Of a stretch of DNA of 64,000 bases, positions 20,360 to 38,112 are shown piece after piece. The stretch lies in NCBI RefSeq assembly GCF_009914755.1, contig NC_060926.1; one strand, 5' to 3'. The notes under the pieces are model-generated. The model saw nothing but the letters and a program-made list of their open reading frames with translations, did no database searches and had not been told where the DNA came from. This stretch comes from the human T2T-CHM13v2.0 reference genome, Homo sapiens. Each line of letters opens with the position of its first letter. The stretch's first letter is position 1. A program made the position numbers and the translations under genes.

Positions 20360-21552
20360 TGATCCTCCCGTCTTGGCCTCCCAAAGTGCTGAGGTTACAG
20401 GCGTGAGCCACCGCACCCGGCTGAGACAGGGTCTTGCCATATTGCCTAGGCTGATTGGGATCAAGTGATCTTCCCTCCTCAGCCTCCCAAAGTGTTGAGA
20501 TTACAGGCACGAGCCACTGTGCCTAGCCTTCTTGGTCTATTTTAAATTTGTAAATGTGAAATGTAATTTTAATCATAATTTATTGTATAGCTCTTTAGTT
20601 ACAATGCAGTTAACCTGGAAGGTGGTTTTGAAACCATCTTCGTCTTAGATATTTCTACTACCTGCCAGTGGTAGCTTGATCTGGTTATTTCCATGGGATT
20701 ATGCCCTCAACTCAAACATAATGTTCAATTATGGGTGTCATACTCTAAGAGAGACATAAGCAAAGCAGAATGATGGTGATGATAGTTTTCTGAGAATCGT
20801 CTTATATGAAAAGAGTTTCAATACCTCAGAAGGGGAAGAAAAAGAGAGAGGGTTAACTTGAAGCAGCCTAGAGGAAAACACCAATACTATGTTCAGATAG
20901 TTAAAGCACTGTCATGTGAAATTAGGGAAAGATTTATCCAGTGTTGCCCTAGAGGATGGAATTAAAACAAATGGGTGATGTTATAGACAAACATAGTTAC
21001 TCTCAGTCTGTGGAATGCTTTTTTGTCACAAATACCTAGCCCTGCAATCAGCTGTCTGCAAGGCAAGCTCACTGGCCATGTTGATATAGAGGCTGGTTGG
21101 GGCATTTTTTCATGGAGCAGGAAATTAGTTACAACTTCCAACATTTCTCCCAATATAGATATAATTTAATTTAACTAAAGTTTATTGAGCTCCCACTACA
21201 TGCAAGACACTGGGCCAAGGTAGGAGGATTACTTGAAGCCAGGAGTTCAAGACTTGCCTGGGCGACATAGTGAGAACCTATCTCTACAAAAAAATAAAAT
21301 AAATTAGGCATGGTGGCACATTCCTGTAGTCCTAGCTGCTTGGGAGGCTGAGGCAGGAGACTCAATTGAGCCCAGAAGTTTACTGTGGGAATACAGAAGA
21401 TAGTGTGGGAAAGAAGTCTCGTTCAGCTTCTCTGAAGATTAGCATATGGAAGCTAGGATAGAAAATAAGACTTGTTGGCGAGGGCCTGGAGCCCCTCAAC
21501 AGCCAGCTGAGATCAGCATTTCAGAACTGAGGCATCCTTGGCAGTGGATTAG

Positions 21553-21869
<317 letters not shown>

Positions 21870-22300
21870 TGAGCCACCGCACCCGGCTTTGTTTTTTTGT
21901 TTTTTTTTTTTTTTTGAGACAGGGTCTTGCTCTGTTGCCCAATCTGGAGTACAGTGGCGGGATCTTGGCTCACTGCAACCTTGACTTTCCAGGCTCAAGC
22001 AATCCTCCTGCTTCAGCCCCCTAAGTAGCTGGGACTACAGGCATGTGCCACCATGCCTGGTAGGGCAATTATTTTCTAACAAGAGGAGGCCTAAGTCAAG
22101 ATATGCAGGCAGAGCAGAATACTGACGGGCTGCCAGCCACTAGGCAATCAGTACTTAGCATCAGGAAAGTCTAACCAAGATCTATCCTCATGAAGTCCCT
22201 GCAGGAAGACTGTGGGTGTGAACACAGGAAATAAGCAGTAGTAAATACACAAAGTCCTGGAGACTGGAGGGGAAGGTTTTATAGCAAGGTGATGACGTAG

Positions 22301-22694
<394 letters not shown>

Positions 22695-22894
22695 TAAAAG
22701 AGTAAGAAATCAGGTATAGAGACTGAATATGCATGGGAACAGTGGTAAAGATGATCCTGCCTCAATATCTTTTGAGGCAGGAGTTTTTTATAAGGTAGAG
22801 GCAGGTCCTAAAAGCTTAAGTTGAAGACTAGAACCATGAACTGGTCAACTATGCTTTTTCTAGAAAAATATAGAGATAATACCTTAATTGATAG

Positions 22895-23201
<307 letters not shown>

Positions 23202-23300
23202 TAGCCAGGATGGTGTTGATCTCCTGACCTCGTGATCCACTTGCCTCGGCCTCCCAAAGTGCTGCGATTACAGGTGTTAGCCACCGCGCCCAGCCTCCCA

Positions 23301-24145
<845 letters not shown>

Positions 24146-24499
24146 TGACAAGGATGGTCTCGATCTCTTGACCTCGTGATCCACCCGCCTCAGCCTCCCA
24201 AAGTGCTGGGATTACAGGCGTGAGCTACTGTGCCCAGTCTATTTATTTTTTTGACAGTGTGTCTCACTCTGTTGCTCACGCTGTAGTGCAGTGGCAGGAT
24301 CATGGCTCACTGCAGCCTCAGCCTCCCAGGCTCAAGCAATCCTCCCACCTCAGCCTTCCGGAGTAGCTGGGATCACAGGAACTCATCACCATGTCAGGCT
24401 AATTTTTTCTTACTTTTTTTAGAGATGGGGCTTCACCATGTTACCTAGGCTGGTCTGGAACTCCTAGACTCAAGCTCTCTGCCTACCTTGGCCTCCTAA

Positions 24500-24784
<285 letters not shown>

Positions 24785-24848
24785 TGATCCACCCGCCTGG
24801 GCCTCTCAAAGTGCTGGGATTACAGGCATGAGCCACTGCACCTGGCCT

Positions 24849-25813
<965 letters not shown>

Positions 25814-26428
25814 GGGCTGGGCGCGGTGGCTCATTCCTGTAATCCCAGCACTTTGGGAGGCTGAGGAGGGCGGATCACTTGAGGTCAGGGGTCTAAGAGC
25901 AGCCTTGCCAACATGATGAAACCCCATCTCTACTAAAAATACAAAACTTAAGACAGGCGTGGTGGCGGTGCCTGTAATACCAGCTACTTGGGAGGCTGAG
26001 GCAGGAGTTTCACTTGAACCAGGAGGCAGAAGTTGCAGTGAACCAAGACTGTGCCACTGCACTCCAGTCTGGGTGAAAGAGTGAGATTCTATCTCAAAAA
26101 AAAAAAAAGTCTATGATCGATAATTTGTTAATAAATGTAATAATTCCTAAAGTTTCAGAATATGAGTTCATGGGGAAAGGTTTCTAAGTGATAAAATTGT
26201 TGGTTACAGGATAAAAAATAAAGTGAAAAAATCTTTTTTACTTATATTTGTACATATTAATGGAAGTACATGTGATTTTTGATACATGCATACTGTGTGT
26301 AATGATCAAATCATTACAAATGAGGTTACCCATCACCTCAAACATTTATCATTTGTGTTGGGTTTTTCAAATTTTTCAACTGTCCATTATCCCCAAAATT
26401 TACGTAGTGGTATTACTCTCCAAATTAG

Positions 26429-26545
<117 letters not shown>

Positions 26546-28189
26546 TGAGTAGCTGGGACTACAGGTGCATGCCACCATGCTCAGCTAATTAATGTATTTT
26601 TAGTAGAGATGGGGTCTCACCATGTTGGCCAAGATGGTCTCGATCTCTTGACCTCAAACGATCCACCCACCTCGGTCTCCCAAAGTGCTGGGATTACAGG
26701 TGAGAGCCACTAGGCCCGGCCCAAATTAGGCCTTCTACAGGAAAAAGTCTTGGCTGGGCCTGTTGGCTCACACCTGTAATCCCAGCACCTTAGGAAGCCA
26801 AGGTGGGAGGATCGCTTGAGGCCAGGAGTTTGAGGTTGCAGTGAGGCCTCCACACTCCAGTGTGGGAAACAAGCAAGACCCTGTCTTAAAAACAAACAAA
26901 ACCTTTAACACTTCATTTTTTCACAGATGGAGTCCACTCTGTTGTCCAGGCTGGTCTCAATCTCCTGGGGTCAAGCAATCCTCCCTCCTCAGCCTCCTGA
27001 ATAGCTGGGACTACAGGTTCAGTCACTGTGCCCAGCTTAAAAACTTTCAAGACTTTTAAAATACTTTGTAACATTGAGGCTTGAGTTAATCTAACTTATT
27101 TTGAAAGGAATAATCAAGGTAACAAGATTTTCCTTCTGACGCTGAATTGACGACACACCTGTGCTGCACTGACCATCACTCACTTTGTGATTTGCATAGC
27201 TAGTCTATTTTAGAATTGTTATTATCATAAGGCATTCCCGACTACAGTCAGAATGATTCATAGAGGATAAGAAGGTTTAAGTGAGGCCAGGCGCAGTGGC
27301 TCTCACCTGTAATCCCAGCACTTTGGGAGGCTGAGGCGGATGGATCATCTGAGGTCAGGAGTTCAAGACCAGCCTGGCCAACATGGTGAAACCCCGTCTC
27401 TACTAAAAATATAAAAATTAGCCAGGCTTGGTGGCACACGCCTGTAATCCCAGCTACTAAGGAGGCTGAGGCAGGAGAATCACTTGAACCCGGAAGGGCT
27501 GCAGTAAGCCGAGATTGTGCCACTGCACTCCAGCATGGGTGGTAGAGTGAGAGTCTGTCTCAAAAAAAAAAAATGTTTAAGTGACAAGACTAGGAGCAAT
27601 TGGAGAAAACAACTGAAGAGAAAGCTGTATTAGTGAAGACAAGTATCTTCGGTAAGGACGCTTTAGGGGTGGTTGAGAAGAAAGGAAAAATGTAAGACAG
27701 AAATATAAGACGGAAATGTAAGACGGAATTGCCTGAAAGTCTAACTTTAATTACATATCAAATACACATTTTGGTGATTTGGCGATCTTGGGGTGGTGTG
27801 TGTGAAAATGTAGTTTTTACTTCTCTATCCCTGTTTCTTGTTTTCCACATACTTCAGCGTTTTCCACTTTATCAGGTTGAACCAGCTCACCAGGTTCAAC
27901 TCCTGTGCCATCACACCTAGGTGTGCTTTGAGGGATGGATGTCCCTGAGAATGGAAGGTCAGCAGCATGCATACTGCAACTACAGAAGGGTAGGAGAGAA
28001 AAAGGGTGGCGTAAACAGGACTGATGGGGAGAGAGAACAGAAGGTAAAGCAAATGCAAAGAAAATGCGAGGGCCCGGGCGCGGGGGCTAACGCCTGTAAT
28101 CCCAGCACTTTGGGAGGCCGGGGCGGGCGGGTCACCTGTCAGGTGTTCGACACCAGCCTGACTAACAGGGTGAAACCCCGTCTCTACTA

Positions 28190-28478
<289 letters not shown>

Positions 28479-29130
28479 GCAGGCTGTGTCGGACTGGGAG
28501 TAGGCTTGACCACCTTTCAATTTTCAACCCAGTGGTACGACGCTGGCGGCAGGCAGAGGCCCCACCTCCTCTGCAGAGCGCTCTCGGGTTCTCTCGGATT
28601 CCTGAAGGACGGCAAAGGCCTGAAGCAGGTTCTCTGAGCACCGCACAGAACCCTCCACTTCGCAGGGAGGTTCTTCCTGCGCCCAGGTGTTCCTCAACCT
28701 TCCTCTCCTCGCCCAGGAAGAGGTTGTGAGGATTACCTCATCCCAACCCGAGCGGCGTGGCCAGCTTTTCCATCTCAAACTCTTGCTCTTGAAGTCAATC
28801 CGGATGGAGCGCTCATGTTTCCCCATCAGGGCTGGCCCTGGAGAGGGGGCACGCCGGGAGGCGTCTCGTTCTAGCAAAGAGGCTATTAAATGACCCAGGG
28901 CGCGGCTTTTTCTCGCGTTTACGAGCTCCACCTACACGGGAACACATGGCCACCCAAGCCCGTCGCTGCGCCAAGACCTCCAGCTCAACACACCCGACAA
29001 GCGCTGTGCAGAGAAACCGCAGCGCAGTCCAGCGGGAGACCCCGGGAGGGGAAGGAGGTGCTGGGCTCTGTAAGGGTGTCCCGGGGAGCGGGGAGCGGGA
29101 GGCGGGAGGCGGGGGTCGGAGGGGGGGCGC

Positions 29131-29142
29131 TGCGCCTGCGCA
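29131..29142. promoter_or_regulatory. NRF1-type binding motif TGCGCCTGCGCA
   Basis: Near-palindromic match to the YGCGCAYGCGCR consensus within the CpG island. Confidence 0.65.
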
Positions 29143-29331
29143 GTCGCTAGGTAGCGTCTCCCCCGGGGCGTGCTCGTAACGCCGCGCACCCTATCAGGCG
29201 GCCACAGGGAGCGCGCCCGCGGCCTCGCCCTTTCTCGCCCCTCCCTTCTCCCCTCTGGGTCCAGCCTCAGACTGAGGCTTGGAGACCGGAGCATTCCACT
29301 CGCCACTTCGGCGCGCCCCCATGCCCTCTTG

Positions 29332-29343
29332 TGCGCGTGCGCA
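29332..29343. promoter_or_regulatory. Second NRF1-type motif TGCGCGTGCGCA
   Basis: Match to the NRF1 consensus, about 200 bp downstream of the first site. Confidence 0.65.
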
Positions 29344-29656
29344 GAGGCGGACCGCAAGGCTAGGGCGTGAGGGAAGGGCGGGCGTACGCCCTTGCGTGCG
29401 TCTCAGGCAGCGCGCACGCCGGCGTGAGAGGGCACGGGGAAAAGGTGGCTCTGGCCGGGGTGGCTCGGTTTCCTGGGGCTATGTAACTGAGCTCGTCGAC
29501 TTAGGGGTCCTTCTTCGCTGCCCTCGCCGCGTGCTAGCAGGGAGTTTCCGCTCGGGAGAGAGACTGTCCTCACGCCCGCTGCGCCTCCTCGACGGCAGAG
29601 CAGGCTTGCTCGCCCGTGGGAGCGTCCCGGCCGAGAAGCCCTGAGGGGGGAGGGGA

Positions 29657-29666
29657 GGCCATTTTG
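29657..29666 (-). promoter_or_regulatory. YY1 motif (GGCCATTTTG; minus strand CAAAATGGCC)
   Basis: Matches the YY1 core AAAATGGC, located in the exon-1 leader. Confidence 0.5.
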
Positions 29667-29924
29667 TCCCGACCGACTCCCCGGAACCGGGCGGAGCGGC
29701 TGGGAGAGGCTGCGGAGCCGCGGTCGCCGCCCTCGGAGGCACTGGACGCCGCCACTGTCGGGGCTTCCTCAAAGCTGTTCGTAGGTCGCCCGCGCCGTCT
29801 CGAGCCTTTTTCCCACGCTTCCCCGGTCCTCCGGCCTGAGAACGCCCGAGTGAGGAGTTGGCCGTAGTGAGAGGGACCGATCCCTTGGGGCCGCCGGCGG
29901 CGAGAGCCCGAGCCGCTCCTCCCA

Positions 29925-30051
29925 ATGGCGAAGAAGACGTACGACCTGCTTTTCAAGCTGCTCCTGATCGGGGATTCCGGAGTGGGGAAGACCTGCGTCC
30001 TTTTTCGTTTTTCGGATGATGCCTTCAATACTACCTTTATTTCCACCATAG
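29925..30051 (+). CDS. RAB10: RAB10 small GTPase, coding part of exon 1 (codons 1-42 plus 1 nt; phase-1 intron follows)
   Basis: Translation [42 protein letters not shown](G) matches the RAB10 N-terminus, including the G1 P-loop GDSGVGKT and the start of switch I. It ends at a canonical donor ATAG|GTAAGA (GT at 30052-30053). The rest of the 68-aa ORF in the track is intron read-through. Confidence 0.98.
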
Positions 30052-31864
30052 GTAAGACCTGTGGGAGGACGGTGTACGGTCTCGGTAGCTGCATACCGTT
30101 TATTTTACTCCAGACATCTTGCTTCCCGTAATATACGCCTTTGTTTCAGTGATTCCGATTCCAAACGACACATCCAAGTTACTGTTTGAATCGGCATCGA
30201 GCTTACTGGGGCGGGGTCTTCCCATGATTTCCATCCGGTCTTTTGCTTTCGAGTCTCCCACTATGCTCAGTGCCTTCTGTTACAAAATATGCATCATTTA
30301 ACCATGTTCCAGAACCTTATTTCTTCAGGCGACTGGACTGGCTTTTTCCACATTTGCGTGGAATTAGTAGATGTGTGATATTTTTAAGGTATTTATTTCA
30401 GTGGTTGCGATTGAAGCAGTACTAGCTATTTGGGAAAGGCCTGAATTTATACTTTGGGGCAAAGAAAAGATTCCATATGGTGATAACTTAGAGTAAACTT
30501 GAGGGTTTCTGAGAAGAATAATTAAGGTAAATTAGAAGGGAAGAGTGAGTTGCCCTCATTCACTAATCCATTGATGTGTCAAACAATCGGAGGCTCTTCG
30601 CGCTTGGGGTGGGACTCTGGCATATTTGCCTCAGTGCTTTTCGAGACATCAACAGAAGCAGTAATCTGAGGGAGATGATCAGTTTCTGTCCTCAAACCCA
30701 ACGGAGTGAAGTCAAGCTCTCTCTTCTATTTTATTTGACTCTAGTATTTACAGGAAAGTATTTTGCCAGTCATAGCCCTATGGACTTATAATGCACTTTC
30801 ACCATGTTTCAGAATTACTTAGTGTGGAAGTAAGAGCTAAAGAGTGACCTTTTTAATCGAATTTCCCGTTTAGGAAAGGAAAAGGGAAGGCTCTAGGAAA
30901 GTCCCTTTTGAATCTGGTTAGAAAATTTAAGTGGCATTGACGCTAATTGTGCTATATTAATTGTGAAACCCATCCGCTCCGCAATAAATTTCTTAAAAGA
31001 CACATGGCTCTCAGCATTGTGGCGGTGCAGTTGAACCCATTTTTAAATGTACTTTTATATTGAGAGGCTTTTAAAAAGCAACGGCAGTCGTCTTTGAACT
31101 CTGGGAATTGTCAAAATTAAGCTGATTTGAAACAGTTTGTATAGCGTAACTGAAATATTTGGTTTGGGTTTTCTTTTGTGACAAATACCTGCTTCATTCT
31201 CACAAAAGAAATTATACTGAAATTAAATTGGACAAGTGATTTTTTAAATAGATTTTTATTTTGCTTACCTTTTTTGGGAGGCAAATTATCATAATCCTTA
31301 TTTCCAGAGTATCATACTGTTTTCTTGGTCTGTCATAAATTTCATGAAACTTAGAGCTTGTTCTCTAACTTGTGGGTTAGAGAATACTAGCACTTAGCGC
31401 TAGCACTTCCCTAGCACTGTTTGCTTTTAACACTCCACTTTTAGCTGTAGCTGGCTAGGGTTAGGTGATCAGATGGGTCAGCAAATATTTATTGAGCACC
31501 TAATGCTGGGCACTGTTTTTAGGCACTGGGAATAAATGATGAACACAACAGACCCCTTGAGGAGCATTCCGGTGAGATAATCATAATAGTGTGGAAGATG
31601 CTACAATAGTAAGCACAGGGAGGAAGAGTGGCTAGTCTAAATCGTGAGGAGTTTGAGTAGGCTTACGTGGAGATGATACCTAAAATGAAGTCTGGGCCGG
31701 GCGCGGTGGCTCATGCCTGTAATCCCAGCACTTTGGGAGGCCTTGGCGGGCGGATCACAAGGTCGGGAGGTCAAGACCAGTTTGGCCAATATGGTGAAAC
31801 CCCGTTTTTACTAAAAATACAAAAATTAGCTGGGCGTAGTGGCAGGCACCTGTAGTCCCAGCTA

Positions 31865-32006
<142 letters not shown>

Positions 32007-32844
32007 CTAATAGGAATAGAGTCAGAGGGGTAGGATAGGGCCTTTCTGGAAAAGGGAGCATAGAACAAATGTATAGTAAGGTTGAGGATTTAATTCATGT
32101 GGTCAACTTTATTTATTTATTTTGAGACTGAGCCTCACTCTGTGGCCCAGGCTGGAGTGCAGTGGCGTGATCTCGGCCCACTGCAACCTCCGCCTCAGGG
32201 GTTCAAGCAATTCTGCCTCAGCTTCCTGAGTAGCAGAGACTACAGGTGCCCACCACCACACCTGGCTAATTTCTGTATTTTTAGTAGAGATGGTTTCACC
32301 ATGTTGGTCAGGCTGGTCTTGACCTCAAGCAGTCCACCGCCCCAGCCTCCCAAAGTGCTGGGATTACAGGCGTGAGCCACCACGCCTGGCTGTGTGGTCA
32401 ACTTTAACCTATCCTTAGGAACAGTGTGGAGTAGGAAGCAAAACATTAACTCTGTCTACTCCAGTCTTTTTGTAAAGGGTGCATGCCCCCAACTAAAACT
32501 CAATCCTGTAAGATAATGGTATAATCTTTTTGTAGCCCTTTTACTTGGGAAGATGTGTGATGATTTTGGATCAAGTCTGCTGGGTTGGAATCTTGTTTCC
32601 ACAGGTTACTAGCTGTGCAACTTTGGCAGATTACTTAACCTCTGTCGGCTTCAGGCTCTTTAAGAGTGTTAAGGCTGGGCACGGTGGCTCACTCCTGTAA
32701 TCCCAGCTCTTTGGGAGGCCGAGGCAGGCGGATCACCTGAGGTCGGAAGTTCGAGACCAGCCTGATCAACATGGAGAAACCCTGTCTCTACTAAAAATAC
32801 AAAAATTATCTGGGCGTGGTGGCGCATGCTTGTAATCCCAGTTA

Positions 32845-32976
<132 letters not shown>

Positions 32977-33221
32977 TCATAATATCTACCACATAGGGTA
33001 GTTGTGAGGATTTTAGGGGTTAGTGAGAGTAAAGCACTTCACATGGTGCCAGGACCAGGCACTTTGTAGGAGCACAGTGCATATTAGCTATATATAGAAT
33101 ATGTGACTCTTCTGCTGTGGAGGTGTGGCAGAACATGTTATTTTATGGATTGAACATCCTGCACACCGTGGTACCCAAGTATTTGTTGGTGCTCCACTAA
33201 ACAATTTCTTTTTTTTTTTGA

Positions 33222-33380
<159 letters not shown>

Positions 33381-33531
33381 TAATAGAGACGGGGTTTCAC
33401 CATGTTGGCCAGGCTGGTCTCGAACTTCTGACCTCAGGTGATCTGCCCGCCTCAGCGTCTCAAAGTGCTGGGATTACAGGCGGAAGCCACCACACTGCCC
33501 TCCTTTGTTTGTTTGTTTTTTTTTTTTTTGA

Positions 33532-33636
<105 letters not shown>

Positions 33637-34275
33637 TGAGTAGCTGGGATTACAGGTGCGCACCACCACGCCTGGCCAATTTAGTATTTTTAGTAGAGGT
33701 GGTGTTTCATCATGTTGGTCAGGCTGCTCTTGAACTCCTGACCTCAGGTGATCCACCTGCCTCAGCCTCCCAAACTGCTGGGATTACAGGCATGAGCCAC
33801 TGCGCCCAGCCTAGACTCTGACATTTTCATACTTTCAGGTAAAAATGTTTTCACATATAAGATGTTGAATAGTGTAAGTTGAGAAAATAAATGATTCTGA
33901 GTACAGCTTGAACACATACATGTATTAGCTCTGTGCACAGGTTTAAAATACCATTGGGCGGGGCGCAATGGCTCACGCCTATAATCCCAGCGCTTTGGGA
34001 GGCTGAGGTGGGTGGATCACGAGGTCAGGAGATCGAGACCATCCTGCCAAACATGGTGAAACTTCGTCTCTACTAAAAATACAAAAAATTAGCTGTCTGT
34101 GGTGGTGGGCGCTTGTAGTCCCAGCTGCTCGGGAGGCTGAGGCAGGGGAATGGCATGAACCCAGAAGGTGGCGGAGCTTGCAGTGAGCCGAGGTCGCACT
34201 ACTGCACTTCAGCCTGGGCAACAGAGCGAGACTCTGTCTCAAAAAAAAAAAAAAAAATCTACCATTGCGTTTAAC

Positions 34276-35359
<1,084 letters not shown>

Positions 35360-35444
35360 TCTAAACAATGTAAAGTAGCCAGTTGGTCAACATGCAGATG
35401 ACTAGAAATACTTTGAATGTAGACTACTTTCAGGAATGTGTTAA

Positions 35445-35639
<195 letters not shown>

Positions 35640-36531
35640 TAAAATCTAGAGCATTCTCTATAAATGATTTATAGAGAATCTATAACATCCTGAGGACTGG
35701 GCGTGGTGGCTCAAACCTGTAATCCCAGCACTTTGGGAGGCTGAGTTGGGAAGTTCACTTGAAGTCAGGAGTTTGAGACCAGTCTGGGCAACATAGACCC
35801 CATCTCTGCAAAAACAAAAAATTAGCAGGACATGGTGGCATGTTCCTGTAGTTCTAGCTACAGGGGAGGCTGAGGTGGGAGGATCACTTGAGTCCAGGAG
35901 TTCAAAGGTGCAGTGAGCTCGGATCACACCACTGCACTCCAGCCTGGGTGACAGAGCGAGACCGTGTATGATAAAACAAAAACAGAAAACATCCAGAGGT
36001 TTGTATAGAAGTAGTTATCTTGCAGGTGTTCAGAAGGACCTGACTGCCAAAATAAGGCAGGCCCTCATTATTTCAGGTGCAGTCATTTAAGTTTCTTATT
36101 GGCTATGGTTTTTTGAAGAAATAATTTTTATAGATTTATAGGATGGTGTTCACAAAGACTACTGTATTTGAATTTTTCTATATATTTTCAATTCTCATAC
36201 ATCCGTATTAGAAATTATGTATTGTATTTATGGTCAGATTTATTGGAGACTGCTGCAAAAAACAAATTACTGGTATGGTGCACTCAACCAATCTCAAAAC
36301 GAATCCAAGGGCACCAGAATATAAGTTGCACAAAGGCAGAAATCTTTGTCTTTTTTTTTTTTCTCATGTGTGCTAAACACCTGGAAGGGTACCTGCATTT
36401 AATGGGTGCACCATAAATAATGAATGAAGGCAGGCAGGTAGGCAGACAGGTGGTACAATCAGGATCCCCTTAATATGAATTGGGGGTAGTTTATGTAAAA
36501 TTTTTCCTTTTTACCTACTTTCTGATCATTA

Positions 36532-36708
<177 letters not shown>

Positions 36709-37053
36709 CTAGGCATGGTGGTGTGTGCCTGTTGCCCCAGCTGCTTGGGAGGCTCTGAGGCAGGAGAATTGCTTAAACCCGGGAGGCGGAGGTTGCAGTG
36801 AGTTGAGCTCGTGCCACTGCACTCAAGCCTGGGTGACAAGAGTGAGACGCTGACTCAAAAAAAAAAAAAAAAAAAAAAAAAATGTTAGCTGTTTGGCTTA
36901 ATAGGGCAAGACTGCTCTTAGAAATTGAAAGGTTGGGGCTGGGTTTGGTGGCTCACGCCTGTAATCCCAGCACTTTGGGAGACCCAGGCGGGCAGATCAC
37001 CTAAGGTCAGAGTTCGAGACCAGCCTGGCCAACATGGTGAAACCCTGTCTCTA

Positions 37054-37215
<162 letters not shown>

Positions 37216-37987
37216 TCAAAAAAAAAGAAAAGAAAAAGAGAAATTGAAAGGTTGTTTGAAAAATAGGCTTAAGAGAGTTACTGCTTTTGGATGAGAAGAT
37301 TTCAGTGGTTGATTTGACCATAACCATCTTGGTAGTATGAGCTCAGGAATGCGTTACTTATTAGTGATGTGGGAATTACATGGATTTGTCCCCAAAGCAC
37401 AAGCTTTTAGTGGGCTGCTTCTATACTGGATGTGCTACCTTTTGGTGTCATTAATCCTTTCTCCACCACAGGCTTACTCATTTTTTAACAGGGAATATTT
37501 TTCACTGGGAATTGGAGTCTCTCGGCTCCATGTAAGAAATCAAGTTGGTAAAGGCTCTTGTCCCTAAGAGAGGTATAATACATACATTTTGTTGTCAGGA
37601 TGATTTTGCTAAGTTTTGGAAGAGTAGGTTGGTTCCACTAACCTGCATTTAAGAAATGATTGATTAGGCTGGGTGCTGTGGCTCACACCTGTATTTCCAA
37701 CACTTTGGGAGGCTGAGGCAGGAGGATAGCTTGAGCTCAGGAGTTCGAGACCAGCCTGGGCAACTTAGCGAGACCCCATCTCTACAAAAAAAAGCTTTTA
37801 AATAAAAAATTAGCTGGGTGCGGTGGTGTACACCTGTAGTCCCAGCTACTCAGGAGGCTGAGATGGGAGGATCACTTGAGCCCAGGAGTTTGAAGCTGCA
37901 GTGAGCTATGATTGTACCATCTCACTCCAGCCTGGATGACAGAGTGAGATTCTGTCTTAAACAAAAAACCCCAAAAGACCATCCAGA

Positions 37988-38092
37988 GTGCTTGTCTCGG
38001 TAGCATATATACTAAAATTGGAAGGATATGGAGAAGATTAGTATGGTCCCTGCGCAAGGATGACACGCAAATTTGTGAATTGTTTCATAATT
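37988..38092 (+). pseudogene. Full-length U6 snRNA retrocopy (RNU6 pseudogene) followed by an A-tract
   Basis: GTGCTTGTCTCGGTAGCATATATACTAAAATTGGAAGGATATGGAGAAGATTAGTATGGTCCCTGCGCAAGGATGACACGCAAATTTGTGAA... aligns end to end with U6. The ACAGAGA box is mutated to ATGGAGA and the AGC triad to AGT. An Alu tail lies upstream in place of a PSE/TATA, and an A12 tract follows at 38100-38111. Confidence 0.95.
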
Positions 38093-38112
38093 ACTATTTA
38101 AAAAAAAAAAAC

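Larger units (their letters stand above)
28500..30260. promoter_or_regulatory. RAB10: CpG-island promoter and GC-rich 5' leader of RAB10
   Basis: Abrupt rise in GC and CpG density compared with the CpG-depleted flanks. Contains GC boxes (GGGAGGCGGG, GGGCGGG) and no obvious TATA box near the exon. The exact TSS cannot be read from sequence (probably about 29380-29450). Confidence 0.93.

Noticed and set aside
28911-28920. BANP/ZBTB33-type TCTCGCGAGA motif
   Set aside because: Only TCTCGCG matches; the palindrome is incomplete.
28524-30094. Long Arg/Pro/Gly/Ala-rich ORFs on both strands of the CpG island (e.g. 174 aa at 29570-30094 minus; 83-aa GTG ORF at 29616-29867)
   Set aside because: Expected from stop-codon scarcity in GC-rich DNA. 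Most have non-ATG starts and none has a recognisable domain.
30052-30131. C-terminal 25 codons of the 68-aa RAB10 ORF as a short isoform
   Set aside because: They lie past a consensus splice donor, and similarity to Rab proteins stops exactly at the donor.
31387-31418. CTAGCACT repeated three times
   Set aside because: Too short and irregularly spaced to separate from local slippage; no supporting context.
37988-38092. Functional U6 snRNA gene
   Set aside because: The ACAGAGA box and AGC triad are mutated, there is no upstream PSE/TATA, and an A-tail is present.
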